64,000 nucleotides of DNA from Candidatus Bathyarchaeota archaeon (GTDB lineage: Archaea; Thermoproteota; Bathyarchaeia; Bathyarchaeales; Bathycorpusculaceae), in assembly GCA_963815095.1 (NCBI GenBank), contig CAWFFH010000003.1, positions 1,152,001 to 1,216,000 on the forward strand, in the 5' to 3' direction. Each line of letters opens with the position of its first letter. Positions within the stretch are counted from its first letter, which is position 1. Positions 22,888 through 32,738 of this stretch are shown in pieces. The notes under the pieces were generated by a model that saw nothing but the letters and a program-made list of their open reading frames with translations, made no database searches and was not told the DNA's origin. The position numbers were made by a program, and so were the translations under genes.

Positions 22888-23025
22888 ATGAAAAGTAAAC
22901 AAGTTCTTGAAACCTGCAGTTTAGAGTCCCCGATCACCATTGACTTTTTCGATTTGGATACAGTTGAACAAGTGGTTGAGGAAGCTTTCATTAAGGAACC
23001 GAAGAAGCGAAGACGAAAAGCCTAA
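22888..23025 (+). CDS. Hypothetical 45-aa protein with basic C-terminus
   Basis: Manual translation MKSKQVLETCSLESPITIDFFDLDTVEQVVEEAFIKEPKKRRRKA; TTTATAT about 30 nt upstream. Confidence 0.45.
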   Translation: MKSKQVLETCSLESPITIDFFDLDTVEQVVEEAFIKEPKKRRRKA

Positions 23026-23209
23026 CCTTCAGACCTCAGGCTCAAAACGCTTAATCCTGGCTTTCTATTTTTGTAGAGAAAACAAGTTTAGGTGCAGTAG
23101 ACGCTGGATTTACAGCTAATGTTATGTCCAGACAAAAAAACTCAAGTTCCAAAACCTTTTTAAAAAATGGGCGAAGCGTCAAAAAGAAATTGTTGTTTAG
23201 GCTGAGTCT

Positions 23210-23413
23210 TTATTCGCCCCAGTCTTCGCCCTCAATAGTTAACTCTTGAAGGTCAACACAAACGCCTTTTACCTGTTTAACCTCAAGTTCAAGACCACAG
23301 CCAGGACAACTCACAATTTCACCTTTCTCTGTGTCAGCTGGAATATCTAGATCTGCATCACAGTCTGGGCATTTTGCTTTGTTTTGTTTAATTTGATTTT
23401 GGGGATTAATCAT
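23210..23413 (-). CDS. lysW: Amino-group carrier protein LysW/ArgW
   Basis: CPDC...CPGCG zinc ribbon and C-terminal EDWGE. Confidence 0.92.
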   Translation of the reverse strand: MINPQNQIKQNKAKCPDCDADLDIPADTEKGEIVSCPGCGLELEVKQVKGVCVDLQELTIEGEDWGE

Positions 23414-23556
23414 TATGTTTTTTCTCTTTTTGATTGTTGATTCTCATGGGTGAAGATTTCTTTTAAATATTGCGACTTTTATGTAACAAATTATGCTATT
23501 TATGTTCTATTTGGAACAATAATTGTTAATGCAACCAAAACTAACAAGACCTGAAC

Positions 23557-24618
23557 ATGAGAATAATCTTCCACCTAGACATGGATCACTTCTACACAGC
23601 AGTTGAGGAGCGGGAACGCCCAGAAATCAAAGGCTCAGCCGTAATCGTCGGCGCCGACCCCAAAGCGGGCAGGGGCAGAGGCGTCGTTAGCACGAGTAAT
23701 TATGAGGCGCGAAAGTCCGGTGTGCGTTCGGGTATGCCGATTTCAATGGCTTGGCGGCTTTGCCCAAGAGCGGTGTATTTGCCCCCGGATTTTCCTTTGT
23801 ACATTCGTGTTTCAAGCGAAATCATGGAATTAGCGCGGAAGTATGCGAGAAAGTTTGAGCAGTGGGGGATTGATGAGGTTTTTTTGGATGTAACAGACAA
23901 GGTTGGAAGTTGGGCTGAGGCTGAGGTGTTGGCGCGGCGAATTAAGGCTGAGATTAAAGAGAAAGAGGGGATCACTGCCTCAATTGGTATTGGACCCAAT
24001 AAGCTGGTTGCAAAAGTTGCGAGTGATTTCCAGAAACCCGACGGCTTAACCATCGTTCGGGAAAGTGAAGTGGAAAAGTTCCTTGATCCCTTGCCTGTGC
24101 GCAAGTTGTTGTGGGTTGGACGTAAAACCGAAGCCAAACTCACAGAATTAGGTGTAAACACAATCGGCGACTTGGCGCGTTATGAACCCACAGCGTTGAC
24201 TTCTATGTTTGGCGTAATGGGTTTGCAGATGCATCTGATGGCAAAAGGCGTAGACCGAAGCTAAGTTGAGGAGCGCATGGGTGTAAAAAGTGTCAGTCAC
24301 GAAACCACTTTTGAAGAAGACACTGCAGATTCCACAGCTATCTTTCAAGCTTTGGATGCGCTCTGCGAAGATGTTTTAAAGGAAACAGTTGACCAGCACT
24401 TGCTGTTCAAAACGGTAACCGTTAAAATTCGTTACCAAGGCTTCGAAACACATACAAGAAGCAAAACCCTGCCCTTTCTGACCAACCGTCTCCGTGACCT
24501 GCAAAAGACCGCTAACGAGTTGCTGTTTGCCAACTTGAGCAAAGACCGGAAAGTCAGGTTGATTGGGGTACGGGTTTCCAGCTTGGTTTCAGGGGAAAAG
24601 CAAAAAACTCTAATTTAG
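23557..24618 (+). pseudogene. dinB: DNA polymerase IV (DinB) interrupted by an in-frame TAA at 24262-24264
   Basis: HLDMDHFY, IDE and NKLVAKVAS motifs; the frame continues after the stop into the little-finger domain (KSVSHETTF, VRLIGV). Confidence 0.85.
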
Positions 24619-24862
24619 AGTTTTTTCGCTGGCGACTTCAGATAGTGTCTTTTGGGTTCATACTATGTTTAGGATTTTGCTTGATTAATCTTTGTGGTCG
24701 CCTGGGTAGCCAACTGCTAACCTGATAACTCGAAGTTGCTGGGAATTTTAAGAGCGCATTACGAGGAGGAAAAATATTTGTTCAGAGTTTTTTGTTCAAT
24801 AGAACAACAACGCTTGAAATTGCTGCACTGATAACCTTGTTTTAGGTTGCTTTTCTGTTTTC

Positions 24863-25658
24863 GGGCTTGTGGAGTTTGTAGGTTGCGTCTGGGGTAGTCG
24901 GTGTTCGTCTGGGTGCGGCTGGTTACGGTTTGGTGTTCTTCTATTCAGGAAAGGTTAGGCTGTCTTGGTTGCAGTGTTAGCGTAAAGTCGATTATGTCAT
25001 AATTGTGCCAGTAATTGTTATTAGTTTAGAATGCAGAAGTTATTTTGGATTACGTATGGCACAGAGGAGTTTGTGTCTGTCTAATAGAAGAAGTCCACAT
25101 GTTTTATTGCGTTTTATAGGGGGCTTTGTTTTGGATTGCTTTTTTGATTTAGGGCTTGTATTGTTTGCGGGTTGCGTCTGTGGAAGTCTGGGTTTGTCTG
25201 GGAAAGGTTTGGGACGGTAGAGTATTGCCTTTAACTGAGAAGGTGTCTTTTCAAGCTATGCTTCAGAAGAGCAACCGACTGCAGATTCCACGGGTGGTAC
25301 GGTGGCGTTTCAAAGTTGAAAGCGACCAGGTTCTAAAGGTAACAGTACACTGCCGCGATGCTTATCTCATGAGTGAGCATTTCTATGCAATAATGAGCAA
25401 AGTGGCCGCATAGTTGTTCCAAAGCTGATACTATTTGTGATTGGTCGTTATAAGCCAAGCCTTGAAGGTTACACATTCCAAGTTGCATTGGAACCATCTT
25501 AGCTATGGGTGATTTGTGAAGGGTTTTTGTTCTGTTAGAAGAAGAACATTTGTTTTTTGCTTGCGGTAAAGGGCTTAGTTTTAACTTGCTCTTTTGGTTT
25601 AGCATTTGGATTGCTTGTCGGCTGCGTCTGGGGGAGTCTTTGTTCGTCTGGAAAGGTT
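24863..25658 (+). repeat. Three dispersed copies of a 35-55 bp motif (24863-24913, 25152-25209, 25620-25658)
   Basis: Core GGYTGCGTCTGKGGNAGTCNNKGTTYGTCTGG; two copies end in GAAAGGTT. Confidence 0.75.
25225..25502 (+). pseudogene. Tandem AbrB/MazE-like DNA-binding protein, frameshifted near 25401
   Basis: PLTEKVSFQAMLQKSNRLQIPRVVRWRFK...FYAIMSK continues in another frame as GRIVVPKLIL...FQVALEPS*. Confidence 0.65.
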
Positions 25659-25841
25659 AAATTTAAGTTATACAAATCTTCGGAGTAATCGCCCACCAAT
25701 CGTCCAACCTCTCAACACCGTTCCAGATGACTACGACGCAGAAGAACCGATCGGCCAAAAAAGAAGTGCAACCACACGAAAAAGATGAAGCGAATCCTCT
25801 AACAAGTTAGCCTCCCCTAAGTTTTTGCCTTTTTTCACTGC

Positions 25842-26793
25842 TCATTTTGCAAGTAGAGCCAGCGATCTAACATTTCCCGAAACACTCAGTCTTATAGCCG
25901 CCACGGCATTCAGAAGCATCGCAATCAAACAGAACAACGAATGAAACGTAACCCGCAGCAAACTCCTGACCCGATGATTCTCAAGCACAGCAGCTCCTTA
26001 AGCCTAAAGTTAACCCTCTCAACTGAAGACCGAAGCCTGTAAAACCGCTTCTCGAGCTTGGGTCCATGAGTTCGAAAGAACCTGTCAACCCTCAACAGCC
26101 CCCTTTGGCCACGCATCTGGTTAGCAGGATAAGGAATAACGACACGACCCCCTGCAGCCTTAGCTTGTTCTCTTTGACCCTGCAAAAGTACTTGCGAATC
26201 CGCAACCAATAGCTTCATCTTCTTTATTGTCGCCTTGAGAGCTTTTTTGAAAAGATCTGGAGCATGCTTTTTCTCGTTGTCGTTGGTGGGAGACACCGTG
26301 ACCGCCAAGGGTAGTTCAGACTTAGCGTCGACTGCGAGGTGTAGTTTGCAGGCCAAGCTCGTAGGTTTTGCCGTTCCTTCCCACCTTGCCCTTGGATCCG
26401 AGCCGCCTCTGCTGTTTTCGTGTATATCTCGCTTGCTGTAGGCTTTGATGAAGGTGGCGTCAAAAGCCACTTTCTTGCCCTTGACGACTTTTTGTCAATC
26501 AACTAGTCGAGCAGGGTGTTCATGATTTTCTCGAGCCTTTTGACTCCGATGCGGTCTCTGAATCGGGTTAACTGTGAAGGGTGATAGGGCTTTTCGTAGT
26601 CTTCGATGTCGCAGATTTCTCTGAGGTCTTGGTCTTTCCATAGTCTTCGGTATAGTTCTCTGTCGCTGGGGCTCTGTTTGGTTTTCTTGGAGGTCTGCCT
26701 GCGCCTTATTTGTGTAGGTTCAGTTAAAGTCTCTTAGATGTCGTCGTGTTCTAAACTGCACAAAATGGAGCGAGAATTTTCATTCTTCTCCAT
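25842..26793 (-). mobile_element. Degraded DDE transposase (IS5/IS1182-like)
   Basis: AFDATFIKAY, KLHLAVD..SELPL, LVADS and YRLRSSVERVN motifs spread over several frames; no convincing terminal repeats. Confidence 0.8.
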
Positions 26794-27024
26794 AATAGAC
26801 TAAGAATAAATCAGATACAAATGTATTAAGCATGAAAATGTCAATCAAAATAGTTTAGCAACGAACTGGCGTGTGCGTAAGAGCTTCTTGCGACAACATT
26901 GTTTATAAAAAATTGCCAAATTATGTTATTAATGGCTATTTTGTGCATCTGAGTTATTCCGATAGCAAAACTTTTAAATAAAGTCACAGATTGACGCATT
27001 AAATGCAGAACAGGAGACAAAAGA

Positions 27025-29643
27025 ATGAATTTATACAAAGATAAGAAAACTACAATTGCACTCGTAATATTGCTAATAGTTTCAATGTCAGCTTCAATGA
27101 TGCTACTACCCAGCACATCCGCTCATACCCCTAAATGGGATCTGACAACTAATGCTTACATATCAGCTAACCCCAATCCTATAGGCGTCGGTCAATCAAC
27201 CCTTGTATACATGTGGTTAAACAAAGTCTACGACGGCGCAGCAATCGGCAACGATAATAGGTTCCACAACTACAAACTCACCATAACAGCCCCTGACGGT
27301 ACAAACACAACCCAAACTTTCGACACGATCCAGGATACAACATCTAACCAAGGCTATCGTTTCACACCTGACCAAGTCGGAACATACAACCTTACCTTCA
27401 ACTTTCCAGGACAAGCCATAAACGACTATACACATGATGCTAACTCGCAATATGTAAACGACACATACCTCCCCAGCAGCGCAACAACAACACTAATTGT
27501 CCAAGAAGAAGGAATTTCATATATTCCGCAAGCACCTTTGCCAGCGGAGTATTGGACACGACCCATATACGGCGAGAACACTAACTGGTTTACTATATCA
27601 TCTAACTGGCTAGGCAGCGGCTCACCCGGCTACGGCGGCTTCTCAAACAGTTACAACGCAGGCGGAAACGGCGAACTGATAAGCCCACAAGACGCAGTTG
27701 GACCATTGACTTCTCACATAATGTGGACAAGGCCATATCAAACGGGCGGAGTCGTTGGAGGCGACAACTTTGCAATCCAAGGAGACACCTACTTCGAAGG
27801 CTCAGCATATAACCAGAGATTCACCAACCCAATAATTGTGAACGGCAAACTATACTACACACAAACAGAATCTTTCGTAGTGTCCTTCTTTGGAGCCTCA
27901 GGACCGCTTCAATGTGTTGATCTGCGAACAGGAAAACTTATATGGTCAAGAGCTGATGTTCCCGCAATTAGCTTTGCCTACATCTATGATGTTCAAGACC
28001 CTAACCAACACGGTGTTTACCCAGCAATACTCTTCACAAGCAACTTTGCCCGGGCATTTGACGCAGACACTGGAGACCCACTGTTCAACGTAACTGGTGT
28101 GCCATCAGCAAATCAGTACCAAATGGCACTTGGTCCACAGGGAGAACAGCTACGGTTCGTTTTAACAAACAAAGGAACGAGTTCAAATCCAAACTGGTAT
28201 CTAGCCGAATGGAACTCTTCTAAGCTTTGGGATTACACTGGTTTATCCCCCGCCATTTCGGGCTCAACCGATGCTAGCACCTCCAATCGTTACGATTGGA
28301 ATGTCTCAGTTTCCGCTCTTAACTCAGCAGGTTCATCCATCACAGTAGTTCGCGCCCTATACAATGATACACTTCTATGCTACAGCGGAACATTACCCTC
28401 CCAAGGAGCCACATTCATGGGTACATTGGGTTTCAACGATTACACATACTACGCCATTAGTCTTGCTAAAGGTCACGAGGGCAGTCTTCTATGGTCAAAC
28501 ACACTAAATCCACCAGCAGGCAACCTTACCGTAATGGAAGCTGGTGTTGATCCAATAAACCGCGTCTTCACTGAAAACCTAAGAGAAACTAACAACTTTG
28601 TTGGCTACAACTTAGATACAGGCGCAAAAATTTGGGGACCAACAACACCTCAAGTAGCTCTCGACTACTACGGCAGCCCCTCTTCCGGCAGTATAACCGA
28701 TACAATAGCTTACGGTAAACTATACGCAATGGGCTATGGAGGCATAGTCTACTGCTATGACACCAACACGGGCGATCTCCTCTGGACTTACGGAAATGGC
28801 GGAGCTGGCAACAGCACAAACAGCGGCTTTGAAGTACCAGGACACTACCCAATATTCGTCCAAGCCATCGGCAACGATGTTGTGTACCTTGCCTCTTCAG
28901 AGCACACAGTCGAAACACCAATCTACAGAGGCGCACTAGCACGAGCAATCAACGCAACCACCGGCGAAGAAATCTGGACTCTCTCAAGTTATACTGGCGA
29001 GTTCTTCGCCATGAGCTATGCAATTGCAGACGGTTACGCAACCTGGTTCAACGGCTATGACAACCAAATCTACAGTGTAGGCAAAGGACCAACAACTCTA
29101 AACGTAGAAGCACCAACACTTGCTAGCACACTAGGCTCAAATCTAGTAATTCGCGGATCAGTTTACGACATTTCTGCAGGCACACAACAAAGCGAGCAAG
29201 CAAGTCGCTTCACCAAAGGTGTTCCATGTGCAGCTGATGAAATTATGACCGGCTGGATGGGTTATGTCTATCAGCAACAAGTAATGCCAAGCAACTTCAA
29301 AGGCGTTGACGTAACAATCGATGTGGTAGATGCTAACGGCAACTATCGAAACATAGGAACAGCAACTACTGATGCGAGTGGAGCATACACTCTAACATGG
29401 ATGCCTGATATTCTTGGAGACTACACTGTTATTGCTACTTTCCATGGCACCAACGGTTACTGGCCATCATACGCAGAAACAAGTTTCACAGTTGACCCAG
29501 CAGCAGCAACACCGTCACCCACGGAAGCACCACCACAATCAGTAGTTGACATGTACTTTGTTCCCGCAGTCGCAGGCATAATCATTGCCATAGTAATAGT
29601 TGGCATTATCTTAGCGCTGCTCTTACTCCGGAAACGACCATAA
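27025..29643 (+). CDS. Large surface protein: signal peptide, Ig-like domain, PQQ-like beta-propeller repeats, C-terminal TM anchor
   Basis: Repeated D..TG..LW motifs, PNPIGVGQ, P/T linker and TM ending LRKRP. Confidence 0.85.
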   Translation: MNLYKDKKTTIALVILLIVSMSASMMLLPSTSAHTPKWDLTTNAYISANPNPIGVGQSTLVYMWLNKVYDGAAIGNDNRFHNYKLTITAPDGTNTTQTFDTIQDTTSNQGYRFTPDQVGTYNLTFNFPGQAINDYTHDANSQYVNDTYLPSSATTTLIVQEEGISYIPQAPLPAEYWTRPIYGENTNWFTISSNWLGSGSPGYGGFSNSYNAGGNGELISPQDAVGPLTSHIMWTRPYQTGGVVGGDNFAIQGDTYFEGSAYNQRFTNPIIVNGKLYYTQTESFVVSFFGASGPLQCVDLRTGKLIWSRADVPAISFAYIYDVQDPNQHGVYPAILFTSNFARAFDADTGDPLFNVTGVPSANQYQMALGPQGEQLRFVLTNKGTSSNPNWYLAEWNSSKLWDYTGLSPAISGSTDASTSNRYDWNVSVSALNSAGSSITVVRALYNDTLLCYSGTLPSQGATFMGTLGFNDYTYYAISLAKGHEGSLLWSNTLNPPAGNLTVMEAGVDPINRVFTENLRETNNFVGYNLDTGAKIWGPTTPQVALDYYGSPSSGSITDTIAYGKLYAMGYGGIVYCYDTNTGDLLWTYGNGGAGNSTNSGFEVPGHYPIFVQAIGNDVVYLASSEHTVETPIYRGALARAINATTGEEIWTLSSYTGEFFAMSYAIADGYATWFNGYDNQIYSVGKGPTTLNVEAPTLASTLGSNLVIRGSVYDISAGTQQSEQASRFTKGVPCAADEIMTGWMGYVYQQQVMPSNFKGVDVTIDVVDANGNYRNIGTATTDASGAYTLTWMPDILGDYTVIATFHGTNGYWPSYAETSFTVDPAAATPSPTEAPPQSVVDMYFVPAVAGIIIAIVIVGIILALLLLRKRP

Positions 29644-29952
29644 AACAAGCAACCAAAAACAAACACCTCTCTTTCTTTTTTTGTTTAAAGGCAGAATATA
29701 AATGGCTGAGAAGGCCCTAGTAAATTTCACAAAAATAACTATAAGCTGTTAAAAGAGAGTTTGCATTTTCTCTTTTCTCCGATTTGGTCCAGAGTCTCAG
29801 CAAACCATACTAATTTTGAAAAATATGAATCACTTTGCCAGCAGCCGAATCTACAGCTACATTCTCTGTTTAGACAGGAGCATTGACTTGCTTGTTGGCG
29901 AAAACCTGCAGAGTTCCTCAGGACGTGTAAACATTAAAATTCCTGCTCATAC

Positions 29953-30273
29953 ATGGTAGAAACAAGAACACCATTAATCTATCAAGATAATCATCCATTA
30001 TTGAAACCAGTTCCAATTCCGTTGATGAGTTCAAATCCTTTAAACCTACCAACCCCGACACCTTCCACAACGCAGCTTCCTACGATTAATATTGGTGCAG
30101 AACCACCGCAGACAGCGTCTATAATTATTGTCACTATTACCTTTGCAATCGCATTAGCGGTGGCTGCTGGTTTGTTTACTTTTTCAGAAAACAAAAGCGT
30201 GAAGCTGTACAAGGATAAAAAAAAACAAAATTACTGGTCAACTTTGGATATAAAGACCGTTAAAGCGAATTAA
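29953..30273 (+). pseudogene. Probable C-terminal remnant of a surface protein (P/T linker plus TM)
   Basis: DNHPLL..P, PTPTP linker and TM helix; no N-terminal domain. Confidence 0.4.
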
Positions 30274-30340
30274 TCGACAAGTGGAAAAAGTAGAGGGTGA
30301 CCAATGACATATGCATCAGCTTCTTGGGGTGGTTTGAGGA

Positions 30341-30997
30341 CTATTCTTCGTATTTTGTTAGATCCGCAAAGCATGCTTCCTTGAAGGCTTTTTTGCGATT
30401 TATGCAGGATTCGCATTTACCGCAGTGTTTGGCGTCTTCACGGTAACACGACCATGTCAACTCAAAGGGCACACCCAAATTGAACCCTTCTTCAATTACC
30501 TCGGATTTACGTTTGCCACTGAATGGCGCTTCAACACTAATGTCCTCACCAGTACCCAACCTTGCTGCTTTCTCAAATGCTTCGTAAAATTCTCGGCGGC
30601 AATCAGGATAAAACGGTTCATCTGAGCCATGTGCACCATAAAAAATCTTTTGTGCGCCGACTGAAACCGCGTAAGAAACCGCTACAGAGAGGAAGATTGC
30701 GTTTCTGAAAGGGACGATTATGGGTTGGCTGAACTCAGATGTTAGGGGGATGTTGGTGTTGCATAGTGAGGTTACGTCGCCGAAGACTTCCTTTAGTGCT
30801 GAAAGGTCGACGATTTTTGTTTTGGCGCCAAGGCTTTCCGCGATTTTTTGTGCACATGCGGTTTCTTTTACGGCGATTTGACCATAGTTGAAGGTTATAG
30901 GGTACACCTCATAGCCTTCTTTTTTTGCCCAATATGCCACTACAGCTGAGTCTGGGCCACCACTAAGGACAACTACACATTTTTCTTTTTTATTCAT
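30341..30997 (-). CDS. queC: 7-cyano-7-deazaguanine (preQ0) synthase
   Basis: SGG.DS, VPFRN, YPDCR and TWSCY...CGKCESC motifs. Confidence 0.95.
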   Translation of the reverse strand: MNKKEKCVVVLSGGPDSAVVAYWAKKEGYEVYPITFNYGQIAVKETACAQKIAESLGAKTKIVDLSALKEVFGDVTSLCNTNIPLTSEFSQPIIVPFRNAIFLSVAVSYAVSVGAQKIFYGAHGSDEPFYPDCRREFYEAFEKAARLGTGEDISVEAPFSGKRKSEVIEEGFNLGVPFELTWSCYREDAKHCGKCESCINRKKAFKEACFADLTKYEE

Positions 30998-31015
30998 TTT
31001 TCTTTCCTTCTATTT

Positions 31016-31519
31016 TTAGTTTGCAAATTGTGTTTGGAAGAGACCGGTTTTTTTTAGTGCCTTAAAGACTGGCCATCCTATGAGAACGGTTGCAATGATG
31101 TTTCCTACGGCTACCCAAGCTATGGTGACTAACAGTGGTAACCCATACAGGTAAGATAGCATCCATCCCACTGTTGTTCCAATGACAATTGAGTATGCTA
31201 TGCATGTTCCGATTACTGTATAGTCGTTTTTGATGCGTTTGTAAACGTAATAGACCACAAAGGACATGACAAAAGAGGGTATGGTGTTAAGTAAGTCTAA
31301 TGGACCAGCTGTTGAAAATATGTTTGCAACGAATACTCCCAAGGTGTGTCCCAAAACTCCGGCTAAACCAAGCAGGGGAACAACACCAAGCATTGCATCC
31401 GCAACACGGAGGTTAACGGGTCCATATGAAAAAGCTCCAAGAACAACAACAAGAACTGCATAAAGTGCAGCATAAATCGCAATTATAGCTATATTTTTTG
31501 TTTGTATTTTCAATTGCAT
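31016..31519 (-). CDS. queT: QueT family 7-deazaguanine precursor transporter
   Basis: AIYAALYAVL...SYGPVNLRVADA and G...ANIF motifs; adjacent to queC. Confidence 0.85.
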   Translation of the reverse strand: MQLKIQTKNIAIIAIYAALYAVLVVVLGAFSYGPVNLRVADAMLGVVPLLGLAGVLGHTLGVFVANIFSTAGPLDLLNTIPSFVMSFVVYYVYKRIKNDYTVIGTCIAYSIVIGTTVGWMLSYLYGLPLLVTIAWVAVGNIIATVLIGWPVFKALKKTGLFQTQFAN

Positions 31520-31592
31520 TTTTCTCCCTACTCCCGGGTTTTATTTTGGTTGGCGGAACGGGTAGGAGAATCAACTCACCCGCCAATTGCCC
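31520..31592 (-). promoter_or_regulatory. Candidate riboswitch (preQ1-I-like H-type pseudoknot) in the queT-queC leader
   Basis: P1 UUGGCGG/CCGCCAA; loop UUCUCCUACCCG complementary to CGGGAGUAGGGAGAA, which contains the SD; A-rich linker AAAAUAAAAC. Confidence 0.55.
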
Positions 31593-31773
31593 ACTAAAAC
31601 TGTGGTGTAGCCTAAAAATGTTGTGAAAGATCTTCCTTTCAAACATTATTTCTTTGGTGTACTTGGGGCAAAAGTAGTTTTTTGTTAGTAAAGAAAGTTT
31701 GACTAAACTTAGTCAAGAAATCTTTACGAAAACGCATTTTACCTATGACTGAAAATAAGCAAGCAATGGAGAA

Positions 31774-31953
31774 GTGAAGGATACGGCGTTAAACCACTAT
31801 GTGATAAATCATAGGCTCTTAATACAAATGCAGAAGAACGGCAATATTTTCTGCGCTATATGTCACCAACCCATCGTTGAAGGACAGCGGGTTGCTTCAA
31901 GAAAAGCCACATCTGTTCGTCATGAAGAGTGCTATGAGCGTTCATTTGTTTAA
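31774..31953 (+). CDS. LIM-like zinc-finger microprotein (59 aa)
   Basis: GTG start after GGAG; CAIC...HEEC; followed by a hairpin and T-tract. Confidence 0.6.
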   Translation: MKDTALNHYVINHRLLIQMQKNGNIFCAICHQPIVEGQRVASRKATSVRHEECYERSFV

Positions 31954-32088
31954 TTAAAGCCCGTCCACATGGGTGGGTGTCTTTTTTTGTTTTGGCGAAA
32001 TATTAATTAGGCTCTCGGAAAGATTAGATGATGCTACTTCCTAGTAGATGGCATTCCGAACCAATGGAGTTTTAGGGAGCACAAAACT

Positions 32089-32733
32089 ATGTCACAAAAT
32101 AATACAACTAGCCAACTAGTCCTCAAAGGAACAACAACAATTGGCGTCGTCTGCACAGATGGCGTAATTCTTGCTTCAGATACCCGAGTAACTATGGGCT
32201 ATTACGTTGCACACAAGTTTGGCAAAAAAGTCTACAAAATCGATGACCATATGGGCATGACCATAGCTGGAACCGTCGCCGATGCACAAAGAGTCGTTGA
32301 CATCTTAACCGCTAACGCGCATCTCTATAAGATTAACCTAAACCGTCCCATGCCAATTAGCTCAGCAGCAAGGTTAGTAGCAAACTTGTTGTTTTCAGCA
32401 CGGTATGTACCTCTTTCAACGCAGGTTTTGGTCGGCGGTATAGATGACACCGGACCACACGTTTATAACTTAGACCCCTATGGCAGCTTAACTGAAGAAA
32501 AATCTGTCTCCACAGGCTCTGGATCACCAGTCGCATATGGTATACTTGAAGACAAGTACCGTGAAGGCATGACTATCGCTGAAGTTTTACCCACAATCGC
32601 TAAAGCCGTCAACGCAGCTATGAAGCGTGACGTTGCAAGCGGCAACAACTACAACATAATCGTCATTGACCAGTTTGGTTACAAGGAATTATCAGACGAG
32701 GAGAAATGCAAACTTCTCAAGGCAGGAAGTTAA
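32089..32733 (+). CDS. psmB: Proteasome beta subunit
   Basis: Propeptide then GTTT; AGTVADAQ, TGSGS and RD..SG motifs. Confidence 0.96.
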   Translation: MSQNNTTSQLVLKGTTTIGVVCTDGVILASDTRVTMGYYVAHKFGKKVYKIDDHMGMTIAGTVADAQRVVDILTANAHLYKINLNRPMPISSAARLVANLLFSARYVPLSTQVLVGGIDDTGPHVYNLDPYGSLTEEKSVSTGSGSPVAYGILEDKYREGMTIAEVLPTIAKAVNAAMKRDVASGNNYNIIVIDQFGYKELSDEEKCKLLKAGS

Positions 32734-32738
32734 GGACT

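Noticed and set aside
24262-24264. TAA read-through or codon reassignment (dinB and the C*VC site near 60510)
   Set aside because: TAA is the normal stop of most conserved genes here, so point mutation or sequencing error is simpler.
24863-25658. CRISPR array
   Set aside because: Only three degenerate copies with 290-450 bp irregular spacing and no cas genes.
25845-25860. TTTTGCAAGTAGAGCC as an IS5-type terminal inverted repeat
   Set aside because: It lies within the transposase C-terminal coding frame in the wrong orientation, and no partner was found at the other end.
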